In this document: positions 38,820-53,399 of the stretch, piece by piece
How the letters are laid out: each line of letters begins with the position of its first letter
Position numbering within the stretch: the stretch's first letter is position 1
Assembly: GCF_006345805.1 (NCBI RefSeq)
Contig: NC_043004.1
Coordinates: 38,068,001-38,132,000, forward strand
Length of the DNA: 64,000 nucleotides
DNA from: Octopus sinensis
Lineage: Eukaryota
Reading direction: 5' to 3'
Notes under the pieces: generated by a model
The model's database searches: none
Told to the model about the DNA's origin: nothing
What the model saw: the letters and a program-made list of their open reading frames with translations, nothing else
Made by a program: the position numbers and the translations under genes

Positions 38820-39350
38820 ATTAGGTGGTGAGATGGCAGAATCATTAAGTGGGGCGGACAAAATGCTTAACAACATTTCTATCGGCTCCATACACTATGA
38901 GTTCACATCCCACGAAGGTTGACTTTGCTTTTAAGGCGCCGAGCTGGCAGAATCATTTGCACGCCGCGCGGAATGCTTAGCGGCATTTCGTTCGTCTTCA
39001 CGTTCTGAGTTCAAATTCTGCTGAGGTTGACTTCGTCTTTCATCTTTTCGGGGTCGATAAAATAAGTACCAGTTGAGTACTGAGGTCGATGCAATCGAAT
39101 TAAACCTACTCTCAAAATTGCTGGCCTTGTACCAAATTTTGAAATCATTTTTATAAGGTGGCGAACTGATAAATTCGTTAGCTTACCGAACAAAATACTT
39201 AACGACGCTTCTTCTTACTCTTTACGTTCTATGTCCAAACGCCGCTGGGTTCGATTTTGCCGGTTATTCTTTCAGGATCGATAAAATATAGTACTAGTTT
39301 AATATTAGATTCGATTTAAATAAATATCCACCCCTTCAAATTTCTGATCT
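38820..39350 (+). mobile_element. Tandem cluster of three SINE D copies
   Basis: Heads (ag)gtggtgagatggcagaatc ~38823, aaggcgccgagctggcagaatc ~38933, aaggtggcgaactg ~39156. Confidence 0.75.
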
Positions 39351-40195
39351 TTTGCCTATGATAGAAATAATTATTGTTATTATTAAGTAATAAATAATAT
39401 GCACTGCTTTCGAAAATTCGTAAATCTACCTACAACAAAATATATTGCGGCATTTGGCAACGTTCTTCTTCGTAACCATTTGGTTACATCTCGCCATGAT
39501 CCTCTTTGTGTTTCATTCTTCATGAATCCAATAAAAAATGAATCAAAATAATTTCACAGAAAAAAATAGAATCATAATCTTGGCTAAGAAAATAAAAGTC
39601 ACAGGAAGAAAATAACACTTCATTTAATTATCATAAATAATAAATTAAACTAATATTTTCATTCACTTATTAGCCGACACTACATGACTTGTAAATAATA
39701 AAAATGCACTATATATGTAACAGTATTAAACATATCTGGAAAAAAGCGCCCTCTCATCTTATACATTAAGGTAAAAAGTGAAAAAAAAAACCACTAAACG
39801 AAATTATAAGCCTGCGCGTTTTTTTTTTCTTGGGGGACATTTTTCTTTTTCTGTTTCTTTTGCGTCTTTTCTCTTGTCTTGTAATTTTTTTTCTTTCTAA
39901 CAACTCGTTCTCTTGACTATTTACTGCATTTTATCTTGTGACATATCCTGTGAATTATTTTTCGTGATGTTTCTCCCTATGACTTTCTTCCTCGTAACCT
40001 CTCTCCTGTGACTTTATACCAGTAGTTCATTTACTTAAAACATTTGAATAGTGACATTTCTAGTGTTCTAGGTATGACTTCAAACAGAATCCAAACGTGG
40101 GGCTCTGATTCGGGAGTTCCAGGGTTTTGAGATGAGTCGAACTACCTTTTGTTCCCAGGTCTACTTTAACCTGGAGTTGAAGCACTTGTCAGGAT

Positions 40196-40382
40196 CAGTG
40201 CTCTGCAATCTTTTTTCACTTGCAGTACACTTAAATTCTTATCAAAATTTGGCGGCACACCTGAACTAAAGATATAACTAAAAGTATAAGGGAAAAAAAT
40301 TATATTCAGGTTACACTGCGGCACACCTAGCATAGTCTTGTGGCACACCAGTGTGCCGCGGCATACAAGTTGCGGAGCTCTG
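40196..40382. mobile_element. hAT-like MITE
   Basis: Imperfect TIRs cagtgctctgcaa / ttgcggagctctg; subterminal ggcacaccagtgtgccgcggca; TSD not conserved. Confidence 0.55.
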
Positions 40383-40892
40383 CTATAGATCAATTAGCAT
40401 GTAAATATCGAATTCAGCTGTGAATATGCAAATTACCGAACCAAATCAAGGGCAGCTCCTGGTAAGGCCTAGCACCCGGTAACCACCCGTTCCTGGGCAA
40501 CGCTGAAATCTCGAAGTGCATTACTATGATTGTGAACTATTTCGGCAGATTAACTTATTGGGGTCAGTGGCGAATGTCTCAAGATGTTGAAAGGTCAACA
40601 AATTAACAGCCAACAATCAATAGCTACGATCAACCAGCTCAGTCAGTGAACTACTACGTAGTGTACGCAGATGAGGCATTCAGCTATCGAAAGGTCAATA
40701 TGACTTATAAGCTCTGGCAAATCGCTCGATTGGGTGGTGAGGATGATCTAGTTACTTACTTTCTTATCGGATTAAAAAAAAAAATCTGATAAAATGAATA
40801 AAAGTCAACAGGTCAATATGAATCAGTTTTACTTTTCCCAAAATTTGAGACCTTGACCCTTTGCGAGATCATTATTATTTTAATATGGCATT

Positions 40893-41545
40893 AAGGCCTC
40901 GAGCTGGTAGAATCGTTAGCACGTCGAGCGAAATGCTTAACGGTATCTCGTCTGCAGCTGGTGGTGAGCTGGCAGAAATGTTAGCATGCCAGGCGTCTGT
41001 CTTTACGTTCTGAGTTCAAATTCCGCCGAGGTCGACTTTGCCTTTCATCCTTTCGGGGTCGATAAATTAAGTACCAGTTATGCACTGGGGTCGATGTAAT
41101 TGACTTAATACCTATGTCTGTCCTTGTTTGTCCCCTCTATGTTTAGCCCCTTGTGGGTAATAAAGAAATAGGTATCTCGTCTGCAGCTGCGTTCTGAGTT
41201 CAAATTCCACCGCGGTCAACTTTGTCTTTCATCTTTTCGGGGTCGATAAATCAAATACCAGTCAAGTACTGGGGGTCTATGTAATCGACTATCCCCCTCC
41301 TCACAAATTCCAGGCCTTGTGCCTATAGTAGAAATGATTTTAACATGGTGTTGTGCTTATATCAGAAATCATTATAATTGTTATATTTTCTTCAGATTCT
41401 TTACACTTCGAGTTCAAATTTACCGAGATCACCTTTGCCTTTATTCCTTCCGGGGTAGATCAAATAAAATGCCAGTCAAGTAATGAGGTCGATGTAACTG
41501 ACTTGCTCCTCCCATCAAAATGAATGCTGCCTTGTGCCGAAATTA
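40893..41545 (+). mobile_element. Nested/tandem cluster of SINE D copies
   Basis: Four gagttcaaatt B-box-bearing bodies or heads, with both tail types. Confidence 0.75.
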
Positions 41546-41849
41546 GAAAGAATTATGATTGCTATATTTTCTATCATTGTGTCTACTATAGACACAACAG
41601 TTATTGCTATATTTACCATCATTAACAATAATAACAGTACTAACGGCAGCATCACTAGTAGTTATAATTGTCGCAGACGTAACTGTCGTTTTGGTTTTAA
41701 TAATTGTAACAAGTCATATGTTACTTTGACTTTGTTTGTTTATCTATGTGTGTGAATGAGTGTGTGCATTTATGTTTACACACACATATATATAAATATA
41801 TATGTGTGCGTGTATATGTATTTATATGTATATATGCATGAGTATATAT

Positions 41850-41916
<67 letters not shown>

Positions 41917-43019
41917 ACATGCATACACATGCGCGTCCGTACAGGCATATATAATTGGGTTTTCAATATTCTTCAGTCTCGGTGGTATTTCTTAAACGTT
42001 AATTGTCCGAAATATTAATTGCTTCTGGCAATCTTACTGAAGAGAAATTCATTATTATGTAGTAAATGGCAACTGAACCAACAGCAGCAGTTGTAGGAAA
42101 ACAACAAACATAAAAACAACAACAACAATAGTCACAAGAACTTCGATATTTCAAAGCCTGACCGAGCAAGTTGGTTTAGTTCTGTTTTTTTTTATTATTT
42201 TGCGTTTGTATTTGTTTTTGTTAGTGTGTATCTATGTCAAATATTTGCGAGTTTGGATGTTCACTGCATGAAATGTGGGTTTATGTGTCAGAGAGTATGG
42301 GTGCGTGCATTCGTGTGCTTGTGTATGGTTGGGTGTATGAGAAAATTACGTTTATTTATTTGTTTATTCATTTTTTTTGTATCTTCAACTTTCCATCAAA
42401 TCATTTGGTAGCAAGGAGGAAAGAAAAAAAATGTGAGGGAAATAAAAAACAAAATAAATCATGATCGCGCACAAAAAAATAAATAAATATGTAAATAAAA
42501 ATTAGAGAGAAATGACAAAATACATATGAAAAAAATTGATAATGGTGGTGTAAATAATGGTAAAGTAAAAAGATGAAAACTAAGAGGATGCTAATGAAAA
42601 ATCAAGATCAAATTCGTTTACACCAGTGTTATTGATGGTTATGCTACTACGACCACTACTACTACTAAAACGGCCGCCGCCGCGAACCACCATCATTACC
42701 ACCATCACCACCAAAGCCATCACCACCACCACCACCACCACGTTTGTGTCCGTGTGTGTCCGTGTGTCCCTGTGTACAAGTTCAAAAGCAATGAATATAT
42801 AAAGAATAGTGATTTATCAGTTTGGTAGAGCCAACAAATTTTGTGAGATAGTTATAATAATCCTCTAATTGTTGTACCGTCTTTGACGAGCATTTATTTT
42901 CATTATTCCCGGAAAAAAAAACCTTCTCATAAAAACTTAAAAGAACAATCTCTAAAATGCTAAATATAAATTTCGTCGTTCATTCAACTGATTCCACTAG
43001 CCATTTTTCATAATAATTC

Positions 43020-44430
43020 TTTCTACTACTGGTCACATGTCTGAGATTTTGGGGTAGGATACCAGTCGGTTACATCGACCCCCAGTACCTGATTGGTACT
43101 TATTTTATCGACCCCAAAAGGATGGACGGTAAAGTCGACCTCTGCAGAACTTGAACTCAGAACATAAAGACGGACGAAATGCCGCTAAGTATTCTGCCCA
43201 GTGTGCTAATGATTCTGCTCGCTCACTGTTTTCATTAAAAATGGTTTCAAATGTTGGCGCAAGGCCATTCATCCCTGGAACTTATTTTATCGGCCCCAAA
43301 GGAATGAAAGGCAAAGTTGACCTCGGCGGCATGTGAGCTCTCAATGCAAAGACGGACGAAATAACACTAAGAATTTTTTCTAGTATTCAAACGATTCTGC
43401 TCGCTCGCCGCTACTCTTAATAAGAGTCTTTGAGTTTGGCATAATATGAACTTCAGTATTTGATTGTTGCATGATTTTATCAACCATGGGATGATGAAAG
43501 GCGGAAGTGACCGCGGCAGAATTTGAAATCAGAACTGAAAGGTCCGAAGAAAATACAGCAAGGCAATTTGCCCAGCGCTCAAACAATCCTACCGGTTCAT
43601 AATTCTTTCTAATTTTAGCACAAAGCCAGCAATTTTAGGTGGGTGGGTAAGTTGATTACCTCAGTCTCAGTGCTCAGCGATCACTTATTTTGTAGACTCC
43701 GAAAGGATGAAACCTCGGTCAAGTTTGAATTCAGAACTTAAAGAGCTGGAACAAATACCGCAAAGCATTTTTCTCGACGCTCTAATGATTTCAAATTTTG
43801 ACACAAGGCCAATAATTTCGTGAGTGGGTAGCAAATCAATGACATCAATCCCAGTGCTTAATTGGTACTTATTTTCTCGATCCCGATAGGATGAAAGGCA
43901 AAGACAACCTCGGCGGGATTTGAGTTTAGAACGTTAACACAGACGAGATGCCGCTAAGCATTCCTTATCGGCTTACGATTCTGCTTGCTCTTTGTCTTCT
44001 TCCACCTTTCTATTTTAGGTACAAGGCCAGCAATTTTGAGGATGCGGGAAATCGATTACATCGACCTCAGTACTCAACTGGTTCTTACTTTAATCACCCC
44101 CGAAATGATGAAAGGAAAAGCGGACCATGAATTTAGAACGTAAAGACGGACGAAATACCGCTAAGTATTTTGGCCGGTATCTTAACTATTCTGCCAGCTT
44201 GCTACCTTCTGCCATCATGACAATAGGTGTTTTTAAATTTTGGCACAAGTCCATCAATTTCAAGGGAGCGGAAAGGTGAATTACATCGAGTCCAGTGTTT
44301 AATTGACACGTATTTTATCGACCCCAAAAGGATGGAAGGCAAAATTTCAATATTAGAACGTCAAGACGGACGAAATGCAGCTTAACATTTTTTCCGGCGT
44401 GCTAACGATTCTGCTAGCTTGCCTCCTTCG
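43020..44430 (-). mobile_element. Head-to-tail array of ~7 diverged SINE D copies (~200-bp period)
   Basis: Recurring ggcacaagg...tattttatcgacccc.aaaggatgaaagg...gaactcagaac...gacggacgaaat...acgattctgc units, all on the minus strand. Confidence 0.8.
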
Positions 44431-44834
44431 GCCACCTCATAATAATAATGATAATTATTATTTAATATGAGAGCACAAAATAAATTCAGTCTATGACAAG
44501 ATTATTGCTTAATCCTTGATCGTGAACGAACAGACCTTTGAACAAAAATATACTAGCCGTGACCATCCCGTCGTTCTGAAGAGGATCTATGACGACATTA
44601 TCTTATGTGTGCCGTTTCGTTTCGTTTTGCTTTGTTTGATTTTTTTTTAGACGGTTGAGTATTATTTCTTACAGGTCTAGCAATCACATAGTGGCTTCTT
44701 AACTGACTCACTGTGAAGGTTTATATAGAAGTTGCGTTTTCATATGGTTTATAAACTACTCCCATCTACACTCTAGATTCAAAATAAAAATTGGATTAAC
44801 TTAACGCTTTATTTTCTTTTTCCTATGGCCGATA

Positions 44835-45008
44835 TAAGGTCATAGGCAGAGGCATGGCTAAATGGTAAAGATGCTTACTCCCCAACCATGTAGTGATGCG
44901 TTCAGTTCTGTTGTGAGGCCGTGAGCAAGTATCTTGTACTGTATCACCGGGCAGACGAAAATCTTGCGAGTGAATTTGGTAGACGGAAACCGGAAGGAGC
45001 TCGTCGTA
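44835..45008 (+). mobile_element. SINE family A head, diverged
   Basis: ggcagaggcatggct...ttcagttc...gtgaatttggtagacggaaaccggaaggagctcgtcgta. Confidence 0.65.
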
Positions 45009-45057
45009 TGTGTGAGTGCGTGCGTGTATGTGTGTGCGTGCGTGCGTGTATGTGTGC

Positions 45058-45106
<49 letters not shown>

Positions 45107-45580
45107 CGCGCGCATGTGTGTGTATGTCGCTGTGTGTATCGGTAGTTTTTAATGTGGTTTGCTTGTGCGCTGCAGACTCGGCAGAGCATCGGATAAACGT
45201 TTTAAAGCATTTATTCCGGTACGTCAAGTCCCGCCGAGATCATCTCTGACTTTAAGCTTTCCGATGTAGATAAAATAATGTACCAGTGAAATATGGGAGA
45301 TCGATTTAAATTATCTAACCCCTTTTCCCTCAAAAGATTCATAACCTTTTTTAAATCAGAAACTATTACTGCATACGTAATTTCAATAAACGTTGTGAGA
45401 CTGCATGCACTGTTGTTTCGTAAGTAATTGTGCCTTTCTTGGGTGAGCATTGATTGTATGCACTGGGTATGTGTGTGTGTGTGTTTGAGTATGTGTTTCT
45501 ATGAGCGTGTGCGCACGAGTAGGTAGATGATGTAATGATAATAATTTTTGCTTCTTTTGTGTATGCGTTAAAAATATCAG

Positions 45581-45611
<31 letters not shown>

Positions 45612-45775
45612 TGTGTGTTCTTAATTGCTTTATTGTTCTCTCTCATTTCACTCATGTGGCAAATTAGGAAGAAATGAATGCAAAAAGACCAATTATATAA
45701 ACAAACTTAATCAATTCATCACAATAATAATGATAATAATGGAGATATGATGATGATGATGATGATGATGATGAT

Positions 45776-45820
<45 letters not shown>

Positions 45821-47075
45821 CACCATCATTATCATCATCAATACGAACATCCTAACAAGAAACTGCAAAATCTTCAGTCTATGCAAAACATCGGTTATTT
45901 TCACTTCCACCATTACCTCTACCACCACCACCAACACCGAAAAATAACAACTATAAAATTGTCGCACGAGCCGGTGCAGGAATCTCTATGAACTCTGTAA
46001 ACTTACAAGAAATTGCAGTGAAACCGCATTCAAATAAATCTTGACCACATTAAGAGAAAAAGCTAATAATACAAATTTATCTGCTACAATAGCTTAGGTG
46101 TAGTAATAAATAGAAATATATACGTAAACAGGTATTCTAAAACGCATATAAGAGATCTTGTATAACACATAAATACATCTGCTAGACTGGCTACCATATA
46201 AAATTACTAAAAATAGATATTCCATAATAGATATAACACATATTCTATAACAGATATACTGAATCTACTATAACCGATATAGTGAATCTGGTAAAAATGA
46301 AATATCGTATTTGCTATTACATATAAAATAAAATTGGGGATTTAAGGAGGCAAACATCAACTGCAACAGCAAATGCAGGGGTTTCTTGTGGCCAAACCTT
46401 AAATTAATTGGTCAAAAAATGTTCCGAATGCTCGCTTCAGAAACTAAAGCTATCAACGAGAGTTAAGAACCTCCAGGGAAGGTGGAAATACCAAAAGTGA
46501 GACTTTCTCACCATGTCCGCATTTTACAAGTACAACTTAGCAGCGGAAATTAATGATAAGCAACGGGACACACCATAGTCCACTCCAGTGTTGGTTTACG
46601 AAATTTGTGACACTCGTAAAAGACTGCCTAGTTCTGATGTGCACTTACCTACGCCTGATCGTTTTCTATATTTTTTAATATATGCACACTCAATCAAACC
46701 TCGATTACACCACACGCAATTATCAAACTGTCTTGTTGACGTTACTCTTTACCAGCTTGGAAAATGGTGAATTAGATTTAATAATTCGTCCAGGCAACAG
46801 TGGATAGCCTAATTTCACAAGTTTTTTTGTGTGTTTCTTATTCAACATACATACATAAATAACGGCTGCCGCCTCGTTATCGAGTATGGCCATTACACGA
46901 AGCTCATCTGTTATTTGTGCTGTGATCGAATATGACTTTTTAGCCCAGCTAAAGATCTACAATATCTTGTACGGAATTGGCAGCTAAAACCTTTACAGGC
47001 AATAGCGGGCTGTAGTTGTAACTGGGCTTCATGTACCTTTGTATATCGTCATACATACATACATACATACATACA

Positions 47076-47164
<89 letters not shown>

Positions 47165-47404
47165 CAAGTAAAGAATAGAGCTGTTGGTATTGAATTTATT
47201 CCACGGTTTACAACCGTCTCAATAACGTATGGGTGACAAAAATCGTGTTACATGCGATGATACTGCCAAATCGGTTATATAAGGGTTATCATATAGCGAT
47301 AGACCCACATCCATCTAGTCATAACAGTTGTGAACAGGGAAATAAAACTACAAAATAGATGAGCTCACTTTATATACTGATGACCTGGTTGGAGATCACT
47401 TCTC

Positions 47405-47435
<31 letters not shown>

Positions 47436-47925
47436 AGAGAGAGTGTGTGTGTGTGTGTGTGAGTGTGTGTGCGTGCGTGTGTGTGCGTGCGTGCGTGTGT
47501 GTGTGTGTGTGTGAGTGCTTGTGTGTGTATGTAGGTGTATTTAGTTTAACAGAGTAAATAAATATTCTTGAACAGTTATAATGAATATCTCCTTCAATTG
47601 AAAAATAAACCCACAATGGTAGATATATTGATCTACAGTAACAGATGTAACATATCTGCTACAAAAAGTAATCTAGATTTATTTTCACATGTGTAATATG
47701 TCTCCTATTAATGATACAAAAGGTACATTATAATATATCTTATCTATACACAGTCAGCGAATTACACGTTAACACAACGTAAACACTAAATCACATATGT
47801 ATGACAGCGAAATGTCGGTTTACACGCTAGACTGTCTTCACACGTGCCCAAAATTCTCCCATTCTTTGTATACCCACATACAGATATGAATTCACTGTTG
47901 CGCGCTCGCGTGTGTGTGCGCGTGT

Positions 47926-47960
<35 letters not shown>

Positions 47961-48601
47961 TGTGCGCGTGCGTATGTATGTGTTTGCCGGACTTTCAAAC
48001 GTGAGCTTAGACCTGTTCGCGCGGGTGATTGAATATTTTCCCAGACATGTTAACTCTTAACGTGATCCTGGGAGTATATATTACGACATGCTATATTACA
48101 AGAATGGTCCTATGATTTACAAGTGTAAACCATCAGAATGGTTTCAACACATTTGTTTTACTACCAAATTTCACTTTCAAAGGTCGACTCGTGTTTTGTA
48201 AAAAAATGGGTAGTGCGAACCGAAATTCCTAATCATTTCGCCATACCGCAGTACTCTCTCTCCTCCTATCTCTCCCCTTCTCCTTCCCCCACTCTCACCC
48301 CACTCTCCCCATTCTATCTCTATGTGTGCATATATGTATATATATATGGATGGATAGATAGATAGATAGATGCAGAGAATGAGAGAGAGGAGATAAATCG
48401 ATAGATAGATAGATAGACAGGTCAATCGATCGATCGATCGATTGATAGATAGATAGATACATACATACATGCATACATGCATACATTCATGGTACCTGTA
48501 TGAAATCCGTCGGAAGGATAACCTCAAGAACAAAGAAATAAGAACCCACAATATGGTTGAAGCCATTACCACTCATAATAAGGAATACTGGTGAAATGTA
48601 C

Positions 48602-48664
<63 letters not shown>

Positions 48665-49144
48665 CATATATGTATATACATACATGCATATATGTATGTA
48701 TAAGGAAAATTAAGAAAATGGGAGATATAGCATTAATATAATTTATTATCTACAAAAAATCCAACATATTCTCTTACAGCTGTTTCAATTACGCCTAAAG
48801 ATTGAAGTAGCAATAATCAAATCATTATATTAGGCAAAATCTCATGAGAGAGTTAGAAAAGTTGTGCCGTTAGATTATTAGGTGTTATGTTTTCGGATCA
48901 TCTCAGCAGACTATAGCTAATATTGGTATAAACCTGAGCCAGAGAGTCATAGGTTGTTTTAGTGGGTAATGGATAATGCGAATATAATCAGGGTAATAGC
49001 TGGTGAATAAATAAAGGTTAAATAGAAAGTTGCAGCAAATAATAGTATCATACAAATGAGGGAATAAATGAATGAATACTTTGGTAATTTGTTTATAGAC
49101 TTGAGTGTATACACATATATCCGTGTGCGTGTGTGTGTGTGTGT

Positions 49145-49375
49145 GTGCGTGTGTGTATGTGTGTGTTTTCCTTGCTACAATCGCTTGACAATCGATTTTG
49201 TTGCGTTTCCGTCCCCCTAACTTAGCGGTTCGACAAAATTTTACCGATAGAATAAGTACTAGGCTTACAAAGAATAAGTCCTTGGGTGGATTTCTTCGAC
49301 TAAAAAAAAAAAAAGAAACTCTTTAAGGCGATGCTCCAGCATGGCCGCAGTCAAATGACCGAAACAAGTAAAAGA
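49145..49375 (+). mobile_element. SINE family A 3' half
   Basis: cttagcggttcgac...gatagaataagtactaggcttacaaagaataagtcc...ctccagcatggccgcagtcaaatgac. Confidence 0.8.
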
Positions 49376-49694
49376 ATAACAGAACAAGAATACATGAATA
49401 CACAAACAACTCCACAGTTCCAGATACATTATATGCATACATTCGCAGATATAAAAAAAAACAACAACAACAACAATAGCAACAACAATCAATCAATCAA
49501 TGAAATTTAGAGCATCGCTGACCAGCAATGTAAACAAAACTGCAAATCTCTTCACACATAAAGATGCACAAACACAGACACGTACTACTCTCTTGACACA
49601 CACTCCTGTATATACTGAAAATGCCCTGTAAATTATACTCTCACAAACCCACCACTGGAAAGGGGGCACATAAACACACGGATATACACGCACA

Positions 49695-49741
49695 CAACAA
49701 CAACAACAGCATCAACATCAACTTCCACCACCACCACCACC

Positions 49742-49803
<62 letters not shown>
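49695..49803. repeat. Stepwise (CAA)-(CAC)-(CTA) microsatellite
   Basis: Direct inspection. Confidence 0.9.
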
Positions 49804-50202
49804 AAATGGTAATAAATGTACAAAGCAATGACCAACCATATAAACATTATATACAACGCCATCAATAATATACATCACTCTCTGCGGTCGTTGCTAAGTC
49901 TTAAATTATTTTTTTCATGTTATGCTATTTTCTTTTCCTTTTTTAAAAAAAATAATTATAGTTTTGTTTGTAAAATTAATAATTACTCAAGTTCGTTTTG
50001 ATTACATCTGTAGCTCTAGTTTTATACGGACTGAAGTGGACAACGAAAACAATGGACAGAGAGAAGGGAAGAGGGACAGGAGACGAAGAAGCAGAAGAAG
50101 AAGAAGAAGAAGAAGAAGAAGAAGAAGAAGAAGAAACTAGTAAGAGAGAGAGAGTGTGCCGTACGTGTCCATGTGAGTGTTTGAGTCTATTAATTAGTAT
50201 GC

Positions 50203-50239
<37 letters not shown>

Positions 50240-50974
50240 TGCGTGTACGTCTGTATATCGTTGCTTCTTCTTCATCACCACCGTATGTGTGTGTGTGTGC
50301 GTGTATGTGTCTCTATATGTGTACATGATTGTGTGAGTATCCATGCGTCAATCTGCGATGTGTGAGTGTGTAAGGCAAGAGAAAGGGTTAGGTAATGAGA
50401 AAAGAGCAAGTCTGTGTGTGTGTGGGTGAAGAACTGAAGAGTGAGTTGATAGAGTGGTTGGTTGCGGTGGGGGATAAGAAAGCATATGAAGAAAATTAAT
50501 TATTGGATGTTTTTCTTTCCTTATATTAAGAAGAAAAATGGCGGGAAAAAAGAAGACCCACAAGATAATTAATGAGATAAAAATGGAAATAATGATTGTA
50601 GGAACGAAAAAAATGAATAAAAAAGACGATAATGTACACACACACACACGCGCACACACAGACACACACAGATACACACACACCTCTATACATGTGTGTG
50701 TATGTATATGCATGCAAACATATATACACTTGCGTATACATATAAATTAAAGAAAAATAAATGAATAAAAGAAAAAAGGAAAATGTCTAAGAATGACTGG
50801 AGAAATGCGAAAATAAGAGAAGGAATGAAAAAACAGTGAGAATGATAGAAAGGAAGACGAGATTTTTAGAAACTAGTGTTGTGAGTTGAGGAATATTTGG
50901 CTACTATCTTTAGTACGATGGGCAACCGAGCATAGGATACTGCGTTCACACTTCACCCGTATATATATATATAT

Positions 50975-51165
50975 CGCCATGATAGATCGTTAGGCACTAC
51001 ACACATTTTTTTCTCTCCTTGTTTTTTCTGTGTCCCTTTCTGTAGAAGAGTATAGGCTCGAAATGTAAAAGACTTTTTTCTATTCCTGAGCGTTATCCTA
51101 ATACATCTGTTTGTTTTGTACACAACCTGTCTTCGCCTTTTGTTTTTTTCGTAAACTCTCCCTAT
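50975..51165 (+). mobile_element. Penelope-like family P1 copy; degenerate hammerhead-like motif at 51036-51071
   Basis: cttt-CTGTAGA-A-gagtataggctc-GAAAT-GTA-aaag. Confidence 0.7.
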
Positions 51166-51186
51166 ATATATGTGTGTGTGTGTGTG

Positions 51187-51227
<41 letters not shown>

Positions 51228-52420
51228 TGTGTATGTGTGTGTGTGTATGATTATGCATATAAATGTGTATGTATGTACGTATACATGTATGTAGATATAT
51301 GTACGTATAGGAAAGGATTACAGATAAATGAAAGTATATAAAATTTTGAATCTTCATAGTAAGAAAGAAATAAGCAAAAAGGTACATGGAAAAATTAGTG
51401 AGAGAGAAAAATCAAACGGGATAAAGAAAGAAGAATCGATTAAAGGAACGAGGTGAAAGTAAAAATATATATGCATACATTGTTGGGCAGTAATATATAA
51501 TATAAAAGAATTCATATTATAGGTCCATAAGTTGAATTAATATGAGAATAGAAAACATATAACGTTTCGGTTACATTGTTCTTCTTCATATACATGAAAG
51601 AAAAGACAGGAAGTTGTGCTTAGAAGAAGTATGGTGAGAGAAAAATTCCGCTGTAGTGATAATCGAGCGGGGAAAATCTTGGATCTGTGGAAACTGATAA
51701 TTTCTGAGACGAACTTGTCTAGCAACTGATTTCATCAGAGACTTTATTTTGAAACTAAAACAATCACAGCATGGAAGACATACGTTAGCCAATCAAACAC
51801 ATTTTAAAACTGTTGGCTTCTCTTAAATATTTATTATATCAAATCAAAATTGTCGTCGCACTAGCTACAACCGGATCACTGATATAATTCCACTACAACT
51901 GATTTGAGGCAAGGATGTGGCCCAGTATTTGTAGGCTTCAGGATTTTATGTATTTTTCTTCATCTATAAAGGCTGTCATCGTCTGGTGCTCATAGTTGGT
52001 CAGTTAATTTCTGTTTCCGCAATAATTATTCCATATGAGAATCCACAGTTGAGATGAAATTAAAGTTTTAGCCCTTATGGCTGGCATTACAAACATCGAT
52101 AAATATATGCATACAGGACGAATTGTTGTACATCTCTAAAGGCCAATACTATCTCACAAACATTCGTATATAAACAAGGTGCATACATACAGCACGTGTA
52201 TATAAACATATACAGACATACAATGCACACACACACGCGCGCACATATGTATAGGGATGTTGATGCAAACAGGAAAATAGAGCTTAAAATACGAGTATAT
52301 GCAACTCTCGGACCTTGAGTCACTCTGTTACTTCTACTAAATATATATATATGTGGTGTATATATATATATAATATATACACATACTTACATACATAAAT
52401 ACACACACACACACACACAC

Positions 52421-52457
<37 letters not shown>

Positions 52458-52473
52458 CACACACATATATTAG

Positions 52474-52512
<39 letters not shown>

Positions 52513-52729
52513 ACATACATATATATATTTACATTACGCTACCTTAAAAATAACCCCGTTTGGCATTTCTATTTCGTTCCTTCAAATTTCTACCTTTTAC
52601 GCTCATCTTTCTTTTTTTCACTCGCTCTATCTCTTACCTCTCGTACCTTTCTTTCACCTTCTCTCTATCTGTCTGTTTGCTTGTCTGTCTCTCTGAAACA
52701 ACACCCACCCACCTATCTATCTATCTATC

Positions 52730-52778
<49 letters not shown>

Positions 52779-53149
52779 AACGGTCCCATCAAAATGAAAT
52801 CATTTTAAATAATGAAATTGACACAGAAGAGACAACAGTCCTTAGTGGAAACAGTTCTTGTGATTGTCAGTGGAAGGTAGCGTTGGCATTAGTTTAGCTT
52901 TCATTATTAAATAATCTCGTTCTTTATTGTAGTCTGATAAACTTAAACATTTTAATTGTGAAAAATCATGCCTTCGAATGTCATGTTAATAATGAAGAAT
53001 ATCAATCATGACAATGCTATTGAAATTCCACCAAAAGGAATAATGGGCAGTCAAAAGCGAAATGAAGTTGTCTCAAATTGGTAAATGTCTGTATCGAAAC
53101 TGGTTCGATTTTTCAACAGCCACAAAATACTCTTTTCTACTCTAAACAC

Positions 53150-53340
53150 AAGGACCAAAATTTTTGAGGAGAGGGGGGGGGCAGTCGATTAGATCGATCC
53201 CAGTACACAACTGGTATTTAATTTATTGACCCTGAAAGGATGAAAGGCAAAGTTGTTAGTGCGTCGGAGTAAATGCTTTGCGATATTTTTTTCCGACTCT
53301 ACTTTCTGAGTGCTGGCCTTGTGCCTAAATTAGAAACAAC
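53150..53340 (-). mobile_element. SINE D fragments
   Basis: cacaaggacc..aatttttg...gtcgattagatcgatcccagtac.caactggta...aaaggatgaaaggcaaag. Confidence 0.65.
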
Positions 53341-53399
53341 ATTGTCATATTAATTAATTACTTGTCATCGTCGCCGTCCTGATTACAACCGTCACTATC

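Noticed and set aside
19670-44430. Regularly spaced ~200-bp repeats as a CRISPR-like array
   Set aside because: Eukaryotic context; units are diverged tRNA-derived SINEs without constant short repeats or unique spacers.
46640-46660. Strong minus-strand donor-like TAG|GTAAGT as a possible upstream PRDM1 exon end
   Set aside because: Such motifs are common in 64 kb; no supporting exon, ORF or promoter evidence.
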